DNA of 32,000 nt, taken from positions 60,001-92,000 of the forward strand of contig NZ_BCZP01000002.1 in assembly GCF_001598795.1 (NCBI RefSeq), read 5' to 3'. This DNA comes from Delftia acidovorans NBRC 14950 (GTDB taxonomy: Bacteria; Pseudomonadota; Gammaproteobacteria; Burkholderiales; Burkholderiaceae_C). The notes beneath the pieces are model-generated. The model searched no databases, was not told the DNA's origin, and was given only the letters and a program-made list of their open reading frames with translations. A program made the position numbers and the translations under genes. The first letter of the stretch is position 1, and the number at the start of each line of letters is the position of its first letter. Shown here piece by piece: positions 16,963-25,457 of this stretch.

Positions 16963-18105
16963 ATGCCCGGACTTCTGCCCGATATCGATCCCGACGGTCT
17001 GCTCGAATTCTCGGTGGTCTACACCGACCGCGCGCTCAACCACATGTCCAAGCGCTTCGCGGGCGTGATGCAGGACATCCTCACCACGCTGCAGGAGGTC
17101 TACCACGCCCACACGGCCGTGCTGGTGCCGGGCAGCGGCACCTTCGGCATGGAGGCCGTGGCGCGCCAGTTCGCCAACCGCGAAAAGGTGCTCATCGTGC
17201 GCAACGGCTGGTTCAGCTATCGCTGGACGCAGATATTCGAGGAAGGCGGCCTGGGCGGTGGCGCCGTGGTCTGCAAGGCGCGTCGCCAGGGACCGGGCAG
17301 CCAGGACCCCTGGGCGCCCTGCGCGGCCGAGGACGTGGCCGCCGCCATCCGCACTGAAAAACCCAAGGTTGTGTTCGCCCCCCATGTGGAGACGGCCAGC
17401 GGCATCCTGCTGAGCGACAGCTACCTGCGCACCGTGGCCGATGCCGCGCACGAGGTGGGCGCGCTCTTCGTGCTGGATTGCGTGGCCTCGGGCGCCATGT
17501 GGGTGGACATGGAAAAGACCGGCGTGGACGTGCTGATCAGCGCGCCGCAAAAGGGCTGGAGCAGCTCGCCGTGCTGCGCCATGGTCATGCTCTCGCAGCG
17601 TGCGCGCGAAGCCATCGAGCACACGCAAAGCTCCAGCTTCTCCTGTGACCTCAAGAAGTGGATGCAGATCGCCGAGGGCTACGAAAAAGGCCAGCACGCC
17701 TACCACACCACCATGCCCACGGACGCCCTGGTCCGCCTGCGCGACGTGATGCTGGAGACGCGTGCCTACGGCTTCGCCAAGGTGCGCGACGAGCAGATCG
17801 CCCTGGGCGCCAAGGTGCGTGCCCTGCTGGAGTCGCGCGGCTTTCCCAGCGTGGCGGCCGAAGGCTGGAAGGCCCCCGGCGTCGTGGTCAGCTACACCAC
17901 CGACCCCGGCATCCAGAGCGGCAAGAAGTTCATGGAAGCCGGCCTGCAGACCGCCTCGGGCGTGCCCCTGCAGTGCGACGAAGGCCCGGACTTCAAGACC
18001 TTCCGCATCGGCCTGTTCGGCCTGGAAAAATGGCACAACGTGGACCGCACCGTCGGCCACATCGCCAAAGCGCTGGACGATATCGGTGTCGCCGCCAAGG
18101 CGTGA
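16963..18105 (+). CDS. Class-V aminotransferase-fold PLP enzyme (alanine/serine-glyoxylate aminotransferase-like)
   Basis: ATG 16963 is preceded by GGAGA. It has SGTFGMEAV and a probable PLP-lysine context, ISAPQKGW. An imperfect hairpin (16921-16944) lies between it and the carboxylase gene. Confidence 0.8.
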   Translation: MPGLLPDIDPDGLLEFSVVYTDRALNHMSKRFAGVMQDILTTLQEVYHAHTAVLVPGSGTFGMEAVARQFANREKVLIVRNGWFSYRWTQIFEEGGLGGGAVVCKARRQGPGSQDPWAPCAAEDVAAAIRTEKPKVVFAPHVETASGILLSDSYLRTVADAAHEVGALFVLDCVASGAMWVDMEKTGVDVLISAPQKGWSSSPCCAMVMLSQRAREAIEHTQSSSFSCDLKKWMQIAEGYEKGQHAYHTTMPTDALVRLRDVMLETRAYGFAKVRDEQIALGAKVRALLESRGFPSVAAEGWKAPGVVVSYTTDPGIQSGKKFMEAGLQTASGVPLQCDEGPDFKTFRIGLFGLEKWHNVDRTVGHIAKALDDIGVAAKA

Positions 18106-18138
18106 ACCCGCTGCAAACATTGCATTGAAAGAACCCTC

Positions 18139-18558
18139 ATGAACAAGACCCTCACCACCCTGGCCACCTCCTGCGGCCTGATGCTCGCCGCACTGACCGG
18201 CGTGGCTGCCCATGCGGCCCAGCCCGTCACCACGGCCAGCGGCCTGGTCTATGAAAGCCTCAAGGAAGGCACGGGCGCCAGCCCCAAGGCCAGCGACACG
18301 GTGCGCGTGCACTACCGCGGCTACTTCCCCGACACGGGCAAGGACTTCGACAGCTCCATCACGCGCGGCCAGCCCATCGAATTCCCTCTGACCGGCGTGA
18401 TTCCCTGCTGGACCGAAGGCGTGCAGAAGATGAAGGTCGGCGGCAAGGCCAAGCTGACCTGCCCGCCCTCCATCGCCTACGGCAGCCGTGGCGCGGGCAG
18501 CGTGATCCCGCCCAACGCCACGCTGAACTTCGAGGTGGAACTGCTGGGCATCAAGTGA
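18139..18558 (+). CDS. Secreted FKBP-type peptidyl-prolyl cis-trans isomerase
   Basis: A signal peptide is followed by VRVHYRGYFPDTGKDFDSS...PLTGVIPCWTEGVQKMKVGGKAKLTCPPSIAYG...NATLNFEVELLGI, a classic FKBP domain. Confidence 0.9.
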   Translation: MNKTLTTLATSCGLMLAALTGVAAHAAQPVTTASGLVYESLKEGTGASPKASDTVRVHYRGYFPDTGKDFDSSITRGQPIEFPLTGVIPCWTEGVQKMKVGGKAKLTCPPSIAYGSRGAGSVIPPNATLNFEVELLGIK

Positions 18559-18596
18559 TGGCCGGCCCGCTGGCCGGGCCAGCCCCCGCCTGATGC

Positions 18597-18623
18597 AAAG
18601 CCGGCCTGCGGGCCGGCTTTTTT
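18597..18623 (+). terminator. Rho-independent terminator after the FKBP gene
   Basis: Stem gccggcc (18600-18606) pairs with ggccggc (18611-18617) around loop tgcg, followed by TTTTTT (18618-18623). Confidence 0.75.
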
Positions 18624-18646
18624 ACGGTCGTTGAAAGGGATATGCC

Positions 18647-19567
18647 GTGGACTCACGCAAACCGCTGGACGCGCGCGCCGCCGCGCTGATGCTCATGCTG
18701 TGCCTGATCTGGAGCCTGCAGCAGATCCTGCTCAAGGCCACGGCCGATGCCATTGCGCCCACGCTGCAGATCGCGCTGCGCTCGGGCGTGGGCGCTGTGC
18801 TGGTGTGGCTGTTCATGCGCTGGCGCGGCATGCGCGTGCAGTGGGGCGACGGCAGCTGGCGCCCGGGCCTGGCCGTGGGCACGCTGTTTGCTCTGGAATT
18901 CCTGCTGGTGGGCGAGAGCATCAACCACACCTCGGCCGCCCATGTGGTGGTCTTCCTGTATTCCGCCCCCGTGTTCGCGGCGCTGGGCCTGCACTGGAAG
19001 CTGCCCTCGGAGCGCCTGGCGCCGCTGCAATGGCTGGGCATCGCACTGGCCTTTGCCGGCATAGCGCTGGCCTTCCTGGGCGGCGGCAAGCCTTCGAAGG
19101 CAGCCGGCGCCGCCATGCTGCTGGGCGACCTGCTGGCGCTGGCCGCCGGCGTGGCCTGGGGCGCCACCACGGTGGCCATCCGCACCACGCGGCTGGCATC
19201 GCTGCCCGCCGCGCAGACCCTGCTCTACCAACTGGCCACCGGCTTTGCGCTGCTGCTGCCCGCCGCCTTCCTGCTGGGCCAGACCCGCTTCGAGCCCACG
19301 CCGCTGGCCTGGGCCGGCCTGGCCTTCCAGTCCGTGCTGGTCTGCTTCGTGAGCTTCCTGGTCTGGTTCTGGCTGCTCACGCAATACCTGGCCTCGCGCC
19401 TGGGCGTGTTCTCTTTCATGACGCCCATCTTCGGCGTGGTCTTCGGTGCCTGGCTGCTCAGCGAGCCCATCGAACCCAACTTCCTGGCCGGGGCACTGAT
19501 GGTGCTGGCCGGGGTGCTGCTGGTGAGCGGGTATGGGTGGCTGAAGTCGCTCAGGCGTCCTGCCTGA
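18647..19567 (+). CDS. DMT-superfamily (EamA-like) transporter
   Basis: The start is GTG 18647, preceded by AAGGGA. The protein has about 10 hydrophobic segments in two EamA-like halves. Its 3' end overlaps the convergent norR 3' end by 17 nt. Confidence 0.85.
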   Translation: MDSRKPLDARAAALMLMLCLIWSLQQILLKATADAIAPTLQIALRSGVGAVLVWLFMRWRGMRVQWGDGSWRPGLAVGTLFALEFLLVGESINHTSAAHVVVFLYSAPVFAALGLHWKLPSERLAPLQWLGIALAFAGIALAFLGGGKPSKAAGAAMLLGDLLALAAGVAWGATTVAIRTTRLASLPAAQTLLYQLATGFALLLPAAFLLGQTRFEPTPLAWAGLAFQSVLVCFVSFLVWFWLLTQYLASRLGVFSFMTPIFGVVFGAWLLSEPIEPNFLAGALMVLAGVLLVSGYGWLKSLRRPA

Positions 19568-21134
19568 CCAGTCCCAGCCGCCGCGCCAGCCGCTGCAGGT
19601 TGGCGCGGTCCATCTGCAGCTCGCGTGCGGCGGCGGCCCAGCTGCCGTGGTGGCGCTGCAGGCTGGCGTCGATCAGGTGGCGCTCGTAGCTCTCCACGGC
19701 TTCGCGCAGGCCTTGGGGGTTGGCGCCGGGCGATGCGGCCTGTGGGACGGGCAGGGACGGGGTGGCCGTCGCCGGGGGCTGCGCGTCATCCCAGAGATCG
19801 GCCTGGCCCAGCGTGACCATGCGAGCCCGGCCACTGGCTGGGGCGGTGGAGGGCGCGCGGCTCAGCGCCCGCAGCACGCCGCGGCTGATGAGGTGCTCCA
19901 GCTCCCGGACATTGCCGGGCCAGTCCTGGGCGAGCAAGGCCGATTGCGCGGCGGGGTGCAGGCGCAGTCCGCCCAGTCCCAGGCGCGAGCGGTTTTCCTC
20001 GAGGAAGAAGCCGGCCAGCATCAGCACGTCGCTGTCGCGCTCGCGCAGCGCGGGCACGCGCAGCGGGTAGACGCTCAGGCGGTGGAAGAAATCGGCGCGC
20101 ATGCGGCCTGCCGCCACCTCGGCGGCCAGGTCGCGGTTGGTGGCGGCGATCACGCGCACGTCCACATGGTGTTCGCGGTCCGAGCCCAGGCGCTGCAGCT
20201 GGCCGCTTTGCAGCACGCGCAGCAGCTTGGCCTGCACGGGCAGGGACAGCTCGCCCACTTCGTCCAGGAACAGCGTGCCCTGGTCGGCCTGCTCGAACTT
20301 GCCGCTGCGCTCGGACAGTGCACCCGTGAAGGCGCCGCGCACATGGCCGAACAGCTCGCTTTCGACCAGGTTGTCGGGCAGGGCCGCGCAATTGATGCTG
20401 ACCAGCGCCCGGCCTGCACGCGCCGACTGCGCATGCACGGCCTGGGCCACCAGTTCCTTGCCCGTGCCGGTCTCGCCGGTGATCAGCACATTGAGGTCGC
20501 TGGCCGCGACCAGGGCGATGTCCTTTTGCAGCGCGCGCATGGCCGGGCTCTGGCCGATCAGCGGACGCGATGACTCGCCCCCCGGGGCGGCGCCGGGCGC
20601 GGGCAGGGCGCGCGCACTGCGCGCCAACCGGCGCAGCCGCTCGGCCGTGGTCACGGTGGCCGCCGCCAGGTTGCTGAAGGCCTGCAGCGCCGCCAGCGCG
20701 GCCGGGTCGGCAAAGCGCCCCGGGTCCAGCGCGTCCAGCGTGAGAAGGCCCCAGGGCAGGCCGCCCGTCTGCAGCACGCAGCCCATGCAGTCGTGCACCT
20801 CCAGCGGCCCGTGGCCCTGGGCCACCAGGCCGTCATAGGGATCGGGCAGCGGGCTGTCGGGCGCAAAGCGCATGGCCTGGCCCGCCGCCAGCAGCTGGGC
20901 GAAGCGCGGGTGCTCGGCAATGCGAAAGCGCCGGCCCAGCGCATCGGGCACCAGGCCATCGATGGCCACGGGCCGCAGCCACTCGCCCTCCAGCCGCAGC
21001 AGGGCGGCGGCATCGGCCGGCAGCACGGCGCGCAGGGCTGCCAGCAGGCGGCGAAAGCGCTCGCGCTCGGGCAGGTCCTGGGCCAGGTCGGCCACCAGAG
21101 GGGTCAGGGCATGCAGGGCGGTGGATGTGGTCAT
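19551..21134 (-). CDS. norR: Sigma-54-dependent NO-responsive transcriptional activator NorR (FhpR-type)
   Basis: The architecture is an N-terminal GAF-like domain, an AAA+ domain (GETGTGKELVA, intact GAFTGA) and a C-terminal Fis-type HTH (AAARELQMDRANLQRLARRLGL). It is divergent from hmp, with NorR boxes and a sigma-54 promoter in between. I prefer ATG 21134 as the start; the alternative is TTG 21155. Confidence 0.85.
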   Translation of the reverse strand: MTTSTALHALTPLVADLAQDLPERERFRRLLAALRAVLPADAAALLRLEGEWLRPVAIDGLVPDALGRRFRIAEHPRFAQLLAAGQAMRFAPDSPLPDPYDGLVAQGHGPLEVHDCMGCVLQTGGLPWGLLTLDALDPGRFADPAALAALQAFSNLAAATVTTAERLRRLARSARALPAPGAAPGGESSRPLIGQSPAMRALQKDIALVAASDLNVLITGETGTGKELVAQAVHAQSARAGRALVSINCAALPDNLVESELFGHVRGAFTGALSERSGKFEQADQGTLFLDEVGELSLPVQAKLLRVLQSGQLQRLGSDREHHVDVRVIAATNRDLAAEVAAGRMRADFFHRLSVYPLRVPALRERDSDVLMLAGFFLEENRSRLGLGGLRLHPAAQSALLAQDWPGNVRELEHLISRGVLRALSRAPSTAPASGRARMVTLGQADLWDDAQPPATATPSLPVPQAASPGANPQGLREAVESYERHLIDASLQRHHGSWAAAARELQMDRANLQRLARRLGLVRQDA

Positions 21135-21186
21135 AAAGACTGCGGTCGCTGTCAAAAAGACTCTATTTGACGAAGGTCATATTGAC
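21130..21186. promoter_or_regulatory. Three NorR-type enhancer boxes (GT-N7-AC)
   Basis: The boxes are GTCATAAAGAC (21130-21140), GTCAAAAAGAC (21151-21161) and GTCATATTGAC (21176-21186). All fit the published NorR GT-N7-AC consensus and lie upstream of the sigma-54 promoter. Confidence 0.6.
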
Positions 21187-21227
21187 GCATGAAACGCCAA
21201 ACCCTTGTTCTGCAAGGGCTGCAGTCC

Positions 21228-21242
21228 TGGCACGGCCCTTGC
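21228..21242 (+). promoter_or_regulatory. Sigma-54 (-24/-12) promoter of hmp
   Basis: TGGCAC-ggccc-TTGC is an exact match to the TGGCAC-N5-TTGC core. It is oriented toward hmp, about 64 nt upstream of its start codon. Confidence 0.7.
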
Positions 21243-21305
21243 CTTTGTCAAGGCATGCCCGGCATCGCTTAGGGCATGTCCGTCCCCGTACCCAAGGAGT
21301 TTCCC

Positions 21306-22481
21306 GTGCTGACCGACCGCCAACGTGCCATCGTCCAATCCACCGTTCCGCTGCTTGAAACCGGCGGCGAGGCGCTGATCACCCACTTCTACCAGACCAT
21401 GCTGGGCGAGTACCCCGAGGTGCGCGCCCTGTTCAACATGGCCCACCAGCAAAGCGGTGCCCAGCCGCGTGCCCTGGCCTATAGCGTGCTCATGTACGCC
21501 AAGCACATCGACCGGCTCGAAGCCCTGGGCGATCTGCCCGCGCAGATCATCAACAAGCACGTTGCGCTGCAGGTGCAGCCCGAGCACTACCCCATCGTCG
21601 GCACCTGCCTGCTGCGCGCCATCCGCGAGGTGCTGGGCGCCGAGATCGCCACCGACGAGGTCATCGATGCCTGGGGCGCCGCCTACCAGCAGCTGGCCGA
21701 CATCCTGATCGGTGCCGAACGCCAGATCTATGACCGCACGGCGGCGACCGAGGGCGGCTGGCGCGGCGAGCGTGCCTTCGTGGTCGAGGACAAGGTGGCG
21801 GAAAGCGCCGAGATCACCTCGTTCTACCTGGTGCCGGCCGATGGCGGCCCCGTCATCGCCCACCAGCCCGGCCAGTACATCGGCCTGCGCCTGGTGGTGG
21901 ACGGGCAGGAGCAGCGGCGCAACTACTCGCTGTCCGCGCCCGCCGATGGCCGCAGCCTGCGCATCAGCGTCAAGCGCGAGGCGGGTGGCAAGGTCTCCAA
22001 CTTCCTGCACGACCGGGTCCAGGTCGGCGACACGCTGCAACTGTTCCCGCCCGCAGGCCACTTCACGCTGCAGCCCGGCGAGCGTCCGCTGGTGCTGATC
22101 AGCGGCGGCGTGGGCATCACGCCGACCCTGCCCATGCTGGATGCGGCCTTGCCCAGCAAGCGTCCCGTGGTTTTCATCCACTGCGCACGCGAGCGCGGGG
22201 TGCATGCCTTCCGTGAACGTGTGGATGCGCTGGCCGCAGTGCATCCGCAGCTCAGCCGGTACTACTGCTATGACCGGGTGGAGGAGGGCGATGAGGTCGA
22301 TGCACAGGGACTGCTGACCGCCCGGCAGTTGGGTGAGTGGCTGCCTTCAGTGGATGCCGATGTGTATTTCCTGGGACCCCGGCCGTTCATGCGGTCGGTG
22401 AAGGAATCATTGCGGGTGTTGGGGGTGCCGGAAGGGCAGGTCCGCTATGAATTCTTTGGGCCGGCGGAGGCGTTGGCCTGA
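21306..22481 (+). CDS. hmp: Flavohemoglobin (NO dioxygenase)
   Basis: GTG 21306 is preceded by AAGGAG-N6 and gives (M)LTDRQRAIVQSTVPLLETGGEALITHFY, the canonical globin N-terminus. The C-terminal FAD/NAD ferredoxin-reductase module has RNYSLS and LISGGVGITP. The in-frame ATG 21276 lacks an SD. Confidence 0.9.
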   Translation: MLTDRQRAIVQSTVPLLETGGEALITHFYQTMLGEYPEVRALFNMAHQQSGAQPRALAYSVLMYAKHIDRLEALGDLPAQIINKHVALQVQPEHYPIVGTCLLRAIREVLGAEIATDEVIDAWGAAYQQLADILIGAERQIYDRTAATEGGWRGERAFVVEDKVAESAEITSFYLVPADGGPVIAHQPGQYIGLRLVVDGQEQRRNYSLSAPADGRSLRISVKREAGGKVSNFLHDRVQVGDTLQLFPPAGHFTLQPGERPLVLISGGVGITPTLPMLDAALPSKRPVVFIHCARERGVHAFRERVDALAAVHPQLSRYYCYDRVEEGDEVDAQGLLTARQLGEWLPSVDADVYFLGPRPFMRSVKESLRVLGVPEGQVRYEFFGPAEALA

Positions 22482-22560
22482 TTTGCTATCGATTCGCTCG
22501 GGTCCCCTGGCCTGAGTGGTGGAGCAGGGGCTGGGCCTTGGCCCGCCGTGCATCGGGCGA

Positions 22561-24516
22561 TCAGCCCTGCACGGCCCACATGCCCTGGTTGTCCGACACC
22601 CACTCCCCAAACGCCTGTGCGGGCAGGGGCTTGCTGCACAGATAGCCCTGGAAGAAGTCGCACCCCTTGCCGCGCAGGAATGCCAGTTGCTCGGCCGTCT
22701 CCACGCCCTCGGCCAGAACCTTGAGCCCCATGGCATGCCCCAGCGCGATCACCGATCCGCTGATGGCCATGTCGTCCGCGCTGTGCGGGATGTCGCGGAT
22801 GAAGCCCTGGTCGATCTTGAGCAGGTCCAGCGGAAAGCGCTTGAGATGGGCGAGCGAGGAGTAGCCGGTGCCGAAGTCGTCGATGGCCAGCCGCAGGCCC
22901 TGGGCGCGCAGGCGGCGCATGACGGCCAGGGCCTCCTCGGGGCGCTCGGCCAGGGCGCTTTCGGTGATCTCCAGCTCCAGGCAGTGCGGAGCGAAGCCCG
23001 TGGCGGCCAGCGCGTCGGCGGTGGCGCCGGCGATGTCGGTCAGCAGGAACTGGTGCAGCGAGACATTGACCGCGATGGTCATCTCGGGCAGGCCCAGATC
23101 GCGCCAGCGCCGGCCCTGGGCGCAGGCCTCGCGCAGCACCCACAGGCCCAGCGCGCCGATGACGCCCGAGCTTTCGGCCACGGGAATGAAGCGTGCCGGG
23201 GAGATGAGGCCCTCGTCCGGGTCCAGCCAGCGCACCAGGGCCTCGGCGCCCACCAGGCGGCCCGTGGCCAGGTCGATCTGGGGCTGGAAGTACAGGCGCA
23301 GGTGGCCCAGGTCTATGGCCTGCCGCAGCCGTGCCTCCATGGCCAGGCGCTCGCGTGCGGCCGAGGTCATGTCTTCCTCGAAGAAGCACCAGGCACGGCC
23401 GCTGCGCGACTTGGCGCCGTAGACGGCGGCGTGCGCGCCCTGCAGCAGGTCCTGGGCATTGCCGGCGTGGGAGGGATACATGCAGATGCCCACGCTGACG
23501 CCGGCCATGACGGACAGGCCGTCCGGCGAGCTCCAGGGCTGGCCGGCCGCCGCGATCAGTTGCCGTGCGCGGGCGATGGCGTCGCCGCGCTCGCTCATTC
23601 CCTTGCACAGCACGGCCAGTTCGTCACCGGCCATGCGACCTATGAGGTCCTGGGGTCCCAGGGAGTCGTGCACGCGGGCGGCAATGTGGCGCAGCACTTG
23701 GTCGCCAATGGCGTGGCCGTAGCTGTCGTTGACGTCCTTGAAGCGATCGATGTTCAGCAGCATCACGGCCAGCGTGCCCTGCTCGGCGGCCGCCTCGGCC
23801 ACGGCGTCTTCCAGCAGCGCTGTGAAGCGCACGCTGTTGGGCAGGCCGGTGAGCATGTCGCGGTGGGCCAGGAATTCGAGCTGGGCCTCGCGCGCCTTCT
23901 CGGCCGAGATGTCGGTGAACATGCACACGTAGTGCGTAACCTTGCCCTGTGCGTCCTTGACGGCGCTGAGCGACATGCGCTCGGGGAAGACCTCGCCGTT
24001 CTTGCGGCGGTTCCAGATCTCGCCCTGCCAGTGGCCCGTGGCCTGCATGCTGTCCCACATGGCCTCGTAGAAGGCCTTGTCGTGGCGGCCGGACTTGAAC
24101 ATGCGCGGGGTCTTGCCCAGCATTTCCTGCTCGGTATAGCCCAGCAGCCGCGTGAAGGCGCTGTTGACCGAGAGGATGCGGCTGCGCGCGTCGGTGACGA
24201 CCACGCCCTCCATGGTGTTGTCCACCACGGCGGCGGCCAGGCGCTGGCGTTCGTCGGCCTCCCGCCCGGCGGCCATCGCGGCATGGGCAGTGCGCTCTCC
24301 ACGGCGCATGCGCCACAGCAGCCAGCCGCCGCCCACGGCCGTGACCAGCACCAGGGTCACCGAGGACAGCATGCGCCGCTGCGCCGCCGCCTCGGGCGGA
24401 ATCTGCAGGTGCGCCAGCAGCCATTCCACGCCCCAGAGCCACAGCAGACCTGCGCACACGTACAGGGTCATTGCGCCCCAGAGCGGTATTCGGGGCTGCT
24501 CTCCCTGATCTTGCAT
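22561..24516 (-). CDS. Membrane-anchored PAS-GGDEF-EAL signalling protein (degenerate GGDEF, intact EAL)
   Basis: ATG 24516 is preceded by GAGGAA. The protein has 2 TM segments and a PAS domain (GVVVTDARSRILSVNSAFTRLLGY). Its GGDEF-type domain carries AGDEL (23617-23631) in place of GG[DE]EF. The EAL domain has EALVRW, NVS, EITE, DDFGTGYSSL, KIDQGF and EGVE. Confidence 0.85.
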   Translation of the reverse strand: MQDQGEQPRIPLWGAMTLYVCAGLLWLWGVEWLLAHLQIPPEAAAQRRMLSSVTLVLVTAVGGGWLLWRMRRGERTAHAAMAAGREADERQRLAAAVVDNTMEGVVVTDARSRILSVNSAFTRLLGYTEQEMLGKTPRMFKSGRHDKAFYEAMWDSMQATGHWQGEIWNRRKNGEVFPERMSLSAVKDAQGKVTHYVCMFTDISAEKAREAQLEFLAHRDMLTGLPNSVRFTALLEDAVAEAAAEQGTLAVMLLNIDRFKDVNDSYGHAIGDQVLRHIAARVHDSLGPQDLIGRMAGDELAVLCKGMSERGDAIARARQLIAAAGQPWSSPDGLSVMAGVSVGICMYPSHAGNAQDLLQGAHAAVYGAKSRSGRAWCFFEEDMTSAARERLAMEARLRQAIDLGHLRLYFQPQIDLATGRLVGAEALVRWLDPDEGLISPARFIPVAESSGVIGALGLWVLREACAQGRRWRDLGLPEMTIAVNVSLHQFLLTDIAGATADALAATGFAPHCLELEITESALAERPEEALAVMRRLRAQGLRLAIDDFGTGYSSLAHLKRFPLDLLKIDQGFIRDIPHSADDMAISGSVIALGHAMGLKVLAEGVETAEQLAFLRGKGCDFFQGYLCSKPLPAQAFGEWVSDNQGMWAVQG

Positions 24517-24589
24517 GTGGTTCCTCAGAACGTTCCCAGAACGTGTGACTTGCGCAGGGTCGTGTCCATGCTGCGACAATTGCGCCGCT

Positions 24590-25438
24590 ATGACCCAAGC
24601 CTATATTCTTACCCTTTCGTGCCCCGACCGGCTCGGTCTGGTACATGCCGTCTCGGGCTTTCTGCTCGAGCAAGGCGGCAACATCGAAGAGGCCGCGCAG
24701 TATAACGACCCGGCCACCGGACTGTTCTTCATGCGCGTGCAATTTGCCTGCAACGGCTGCGATCCCGCGGCTCTGAGGGCGGCCCTGGCCGACCTGGGCG
24801 GCCAGTACCAGATGAAGTGGCGCCTGCACACCAAGGCCGAAGCCATGAAGACCGTGCTCATGGTCAGCAAGGAAGGCCACTGCCTCAACGACCTGCTGTT
24901 TCGCTGGAAGAGCGGCCTGCTGCCGGTGGACATCCGCGCCATCATCAGCAACCACCGCGAGTTCTACCAGCTGGCGGCCAGCTACAACATTCCCTTCCAC
25001 CACATCCCCGTCACGGCTGCCACCAAGGCCCAGGCCGAGGCAAAGCAGTTCGAGATCATCGAGGCCGAAGGCGCCGAACTCGTGGTGCTGGCGCGCTACA
25101 TGCAGGTGCTGTCCAACGACCTGTGCACCAAGCTGGCGGGCCGCGCGATCAATATCCACCACAGCTTCCTGCCCAGCTTCAAGGGTGCCAAGCCCTACTA
25201 CCAGGCCCATGACCGCGGCGTGAAGCTGATCGGCGCCACGGCCCACTATGTGACGGCCGACCTGGACGAAGGCCCGATCATCGAGCAGGACGTGGCCCGC
25301 GCCGACCACACCGACACCGTGGAGGACCTCACGGCCCGCGGCCGCGACACCGAGAGCCAGGTGCTGGCCCGCGCCGTCAAGTGGCACAGCGAGCACCGCG
25401 TCATCCTCAACGGCCACAAGACCGTGGTCTTCCGCTGA
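24590..25438 (+). CDS. purU: Formyltetrahydrofolate deformylase
   Basis: ATG 24590 gives MTQAYILTLSCPDRLGLVHAVSGFL (ACT domain). A formyltransferase core follows (NIHHSFLPSFKGAKPYYQA, ATAHYVT). Confidence 0.9.
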   Translation: MTQAYILTLSCPDRLGLVHAVSGFLLEQGGNIEEAAQYNDPATGLFFMRVQFACNGCDPAALRAALADLGGQYQMKWRLHTKAEAMKTVLMVSKEGHCLNDLLFRWKSGLLPVDIRAIISNHREFYQLAASYNIPFHHIPVTAATKAQAEAKQFEIIEAEGAELVVLARYMQVLSNDLCTKLAGRAINIHHSFLPSFKGAKPYYQAHDRGVKLIGATAHYVTADLDEGPIIEQDVARADHTDTVEDLTARGRDTESQVLARAVKWHSEHRVILNGHKTVVFR

Positions 25439-25457
25439 AGCCGGCTCCCGGCCGCCC

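Noticed and set aside
13488-16964. A 1158-aa ORF on the minus strand spanning the whole carboxylase gene. Similar giant antisense ORFs occur at 593-1774, 11915-13618 and 16768-18312.
   Set aside because: These ORFs lie exactly antisense to genes with strong motif support. Their translations are low-complexity Arg/Ala/Gly/His/Gln-rich strings without any recognisable motif. Long stop-free antisense frames are the expected artefact of GC-rich DNA with G/C-ending codons.
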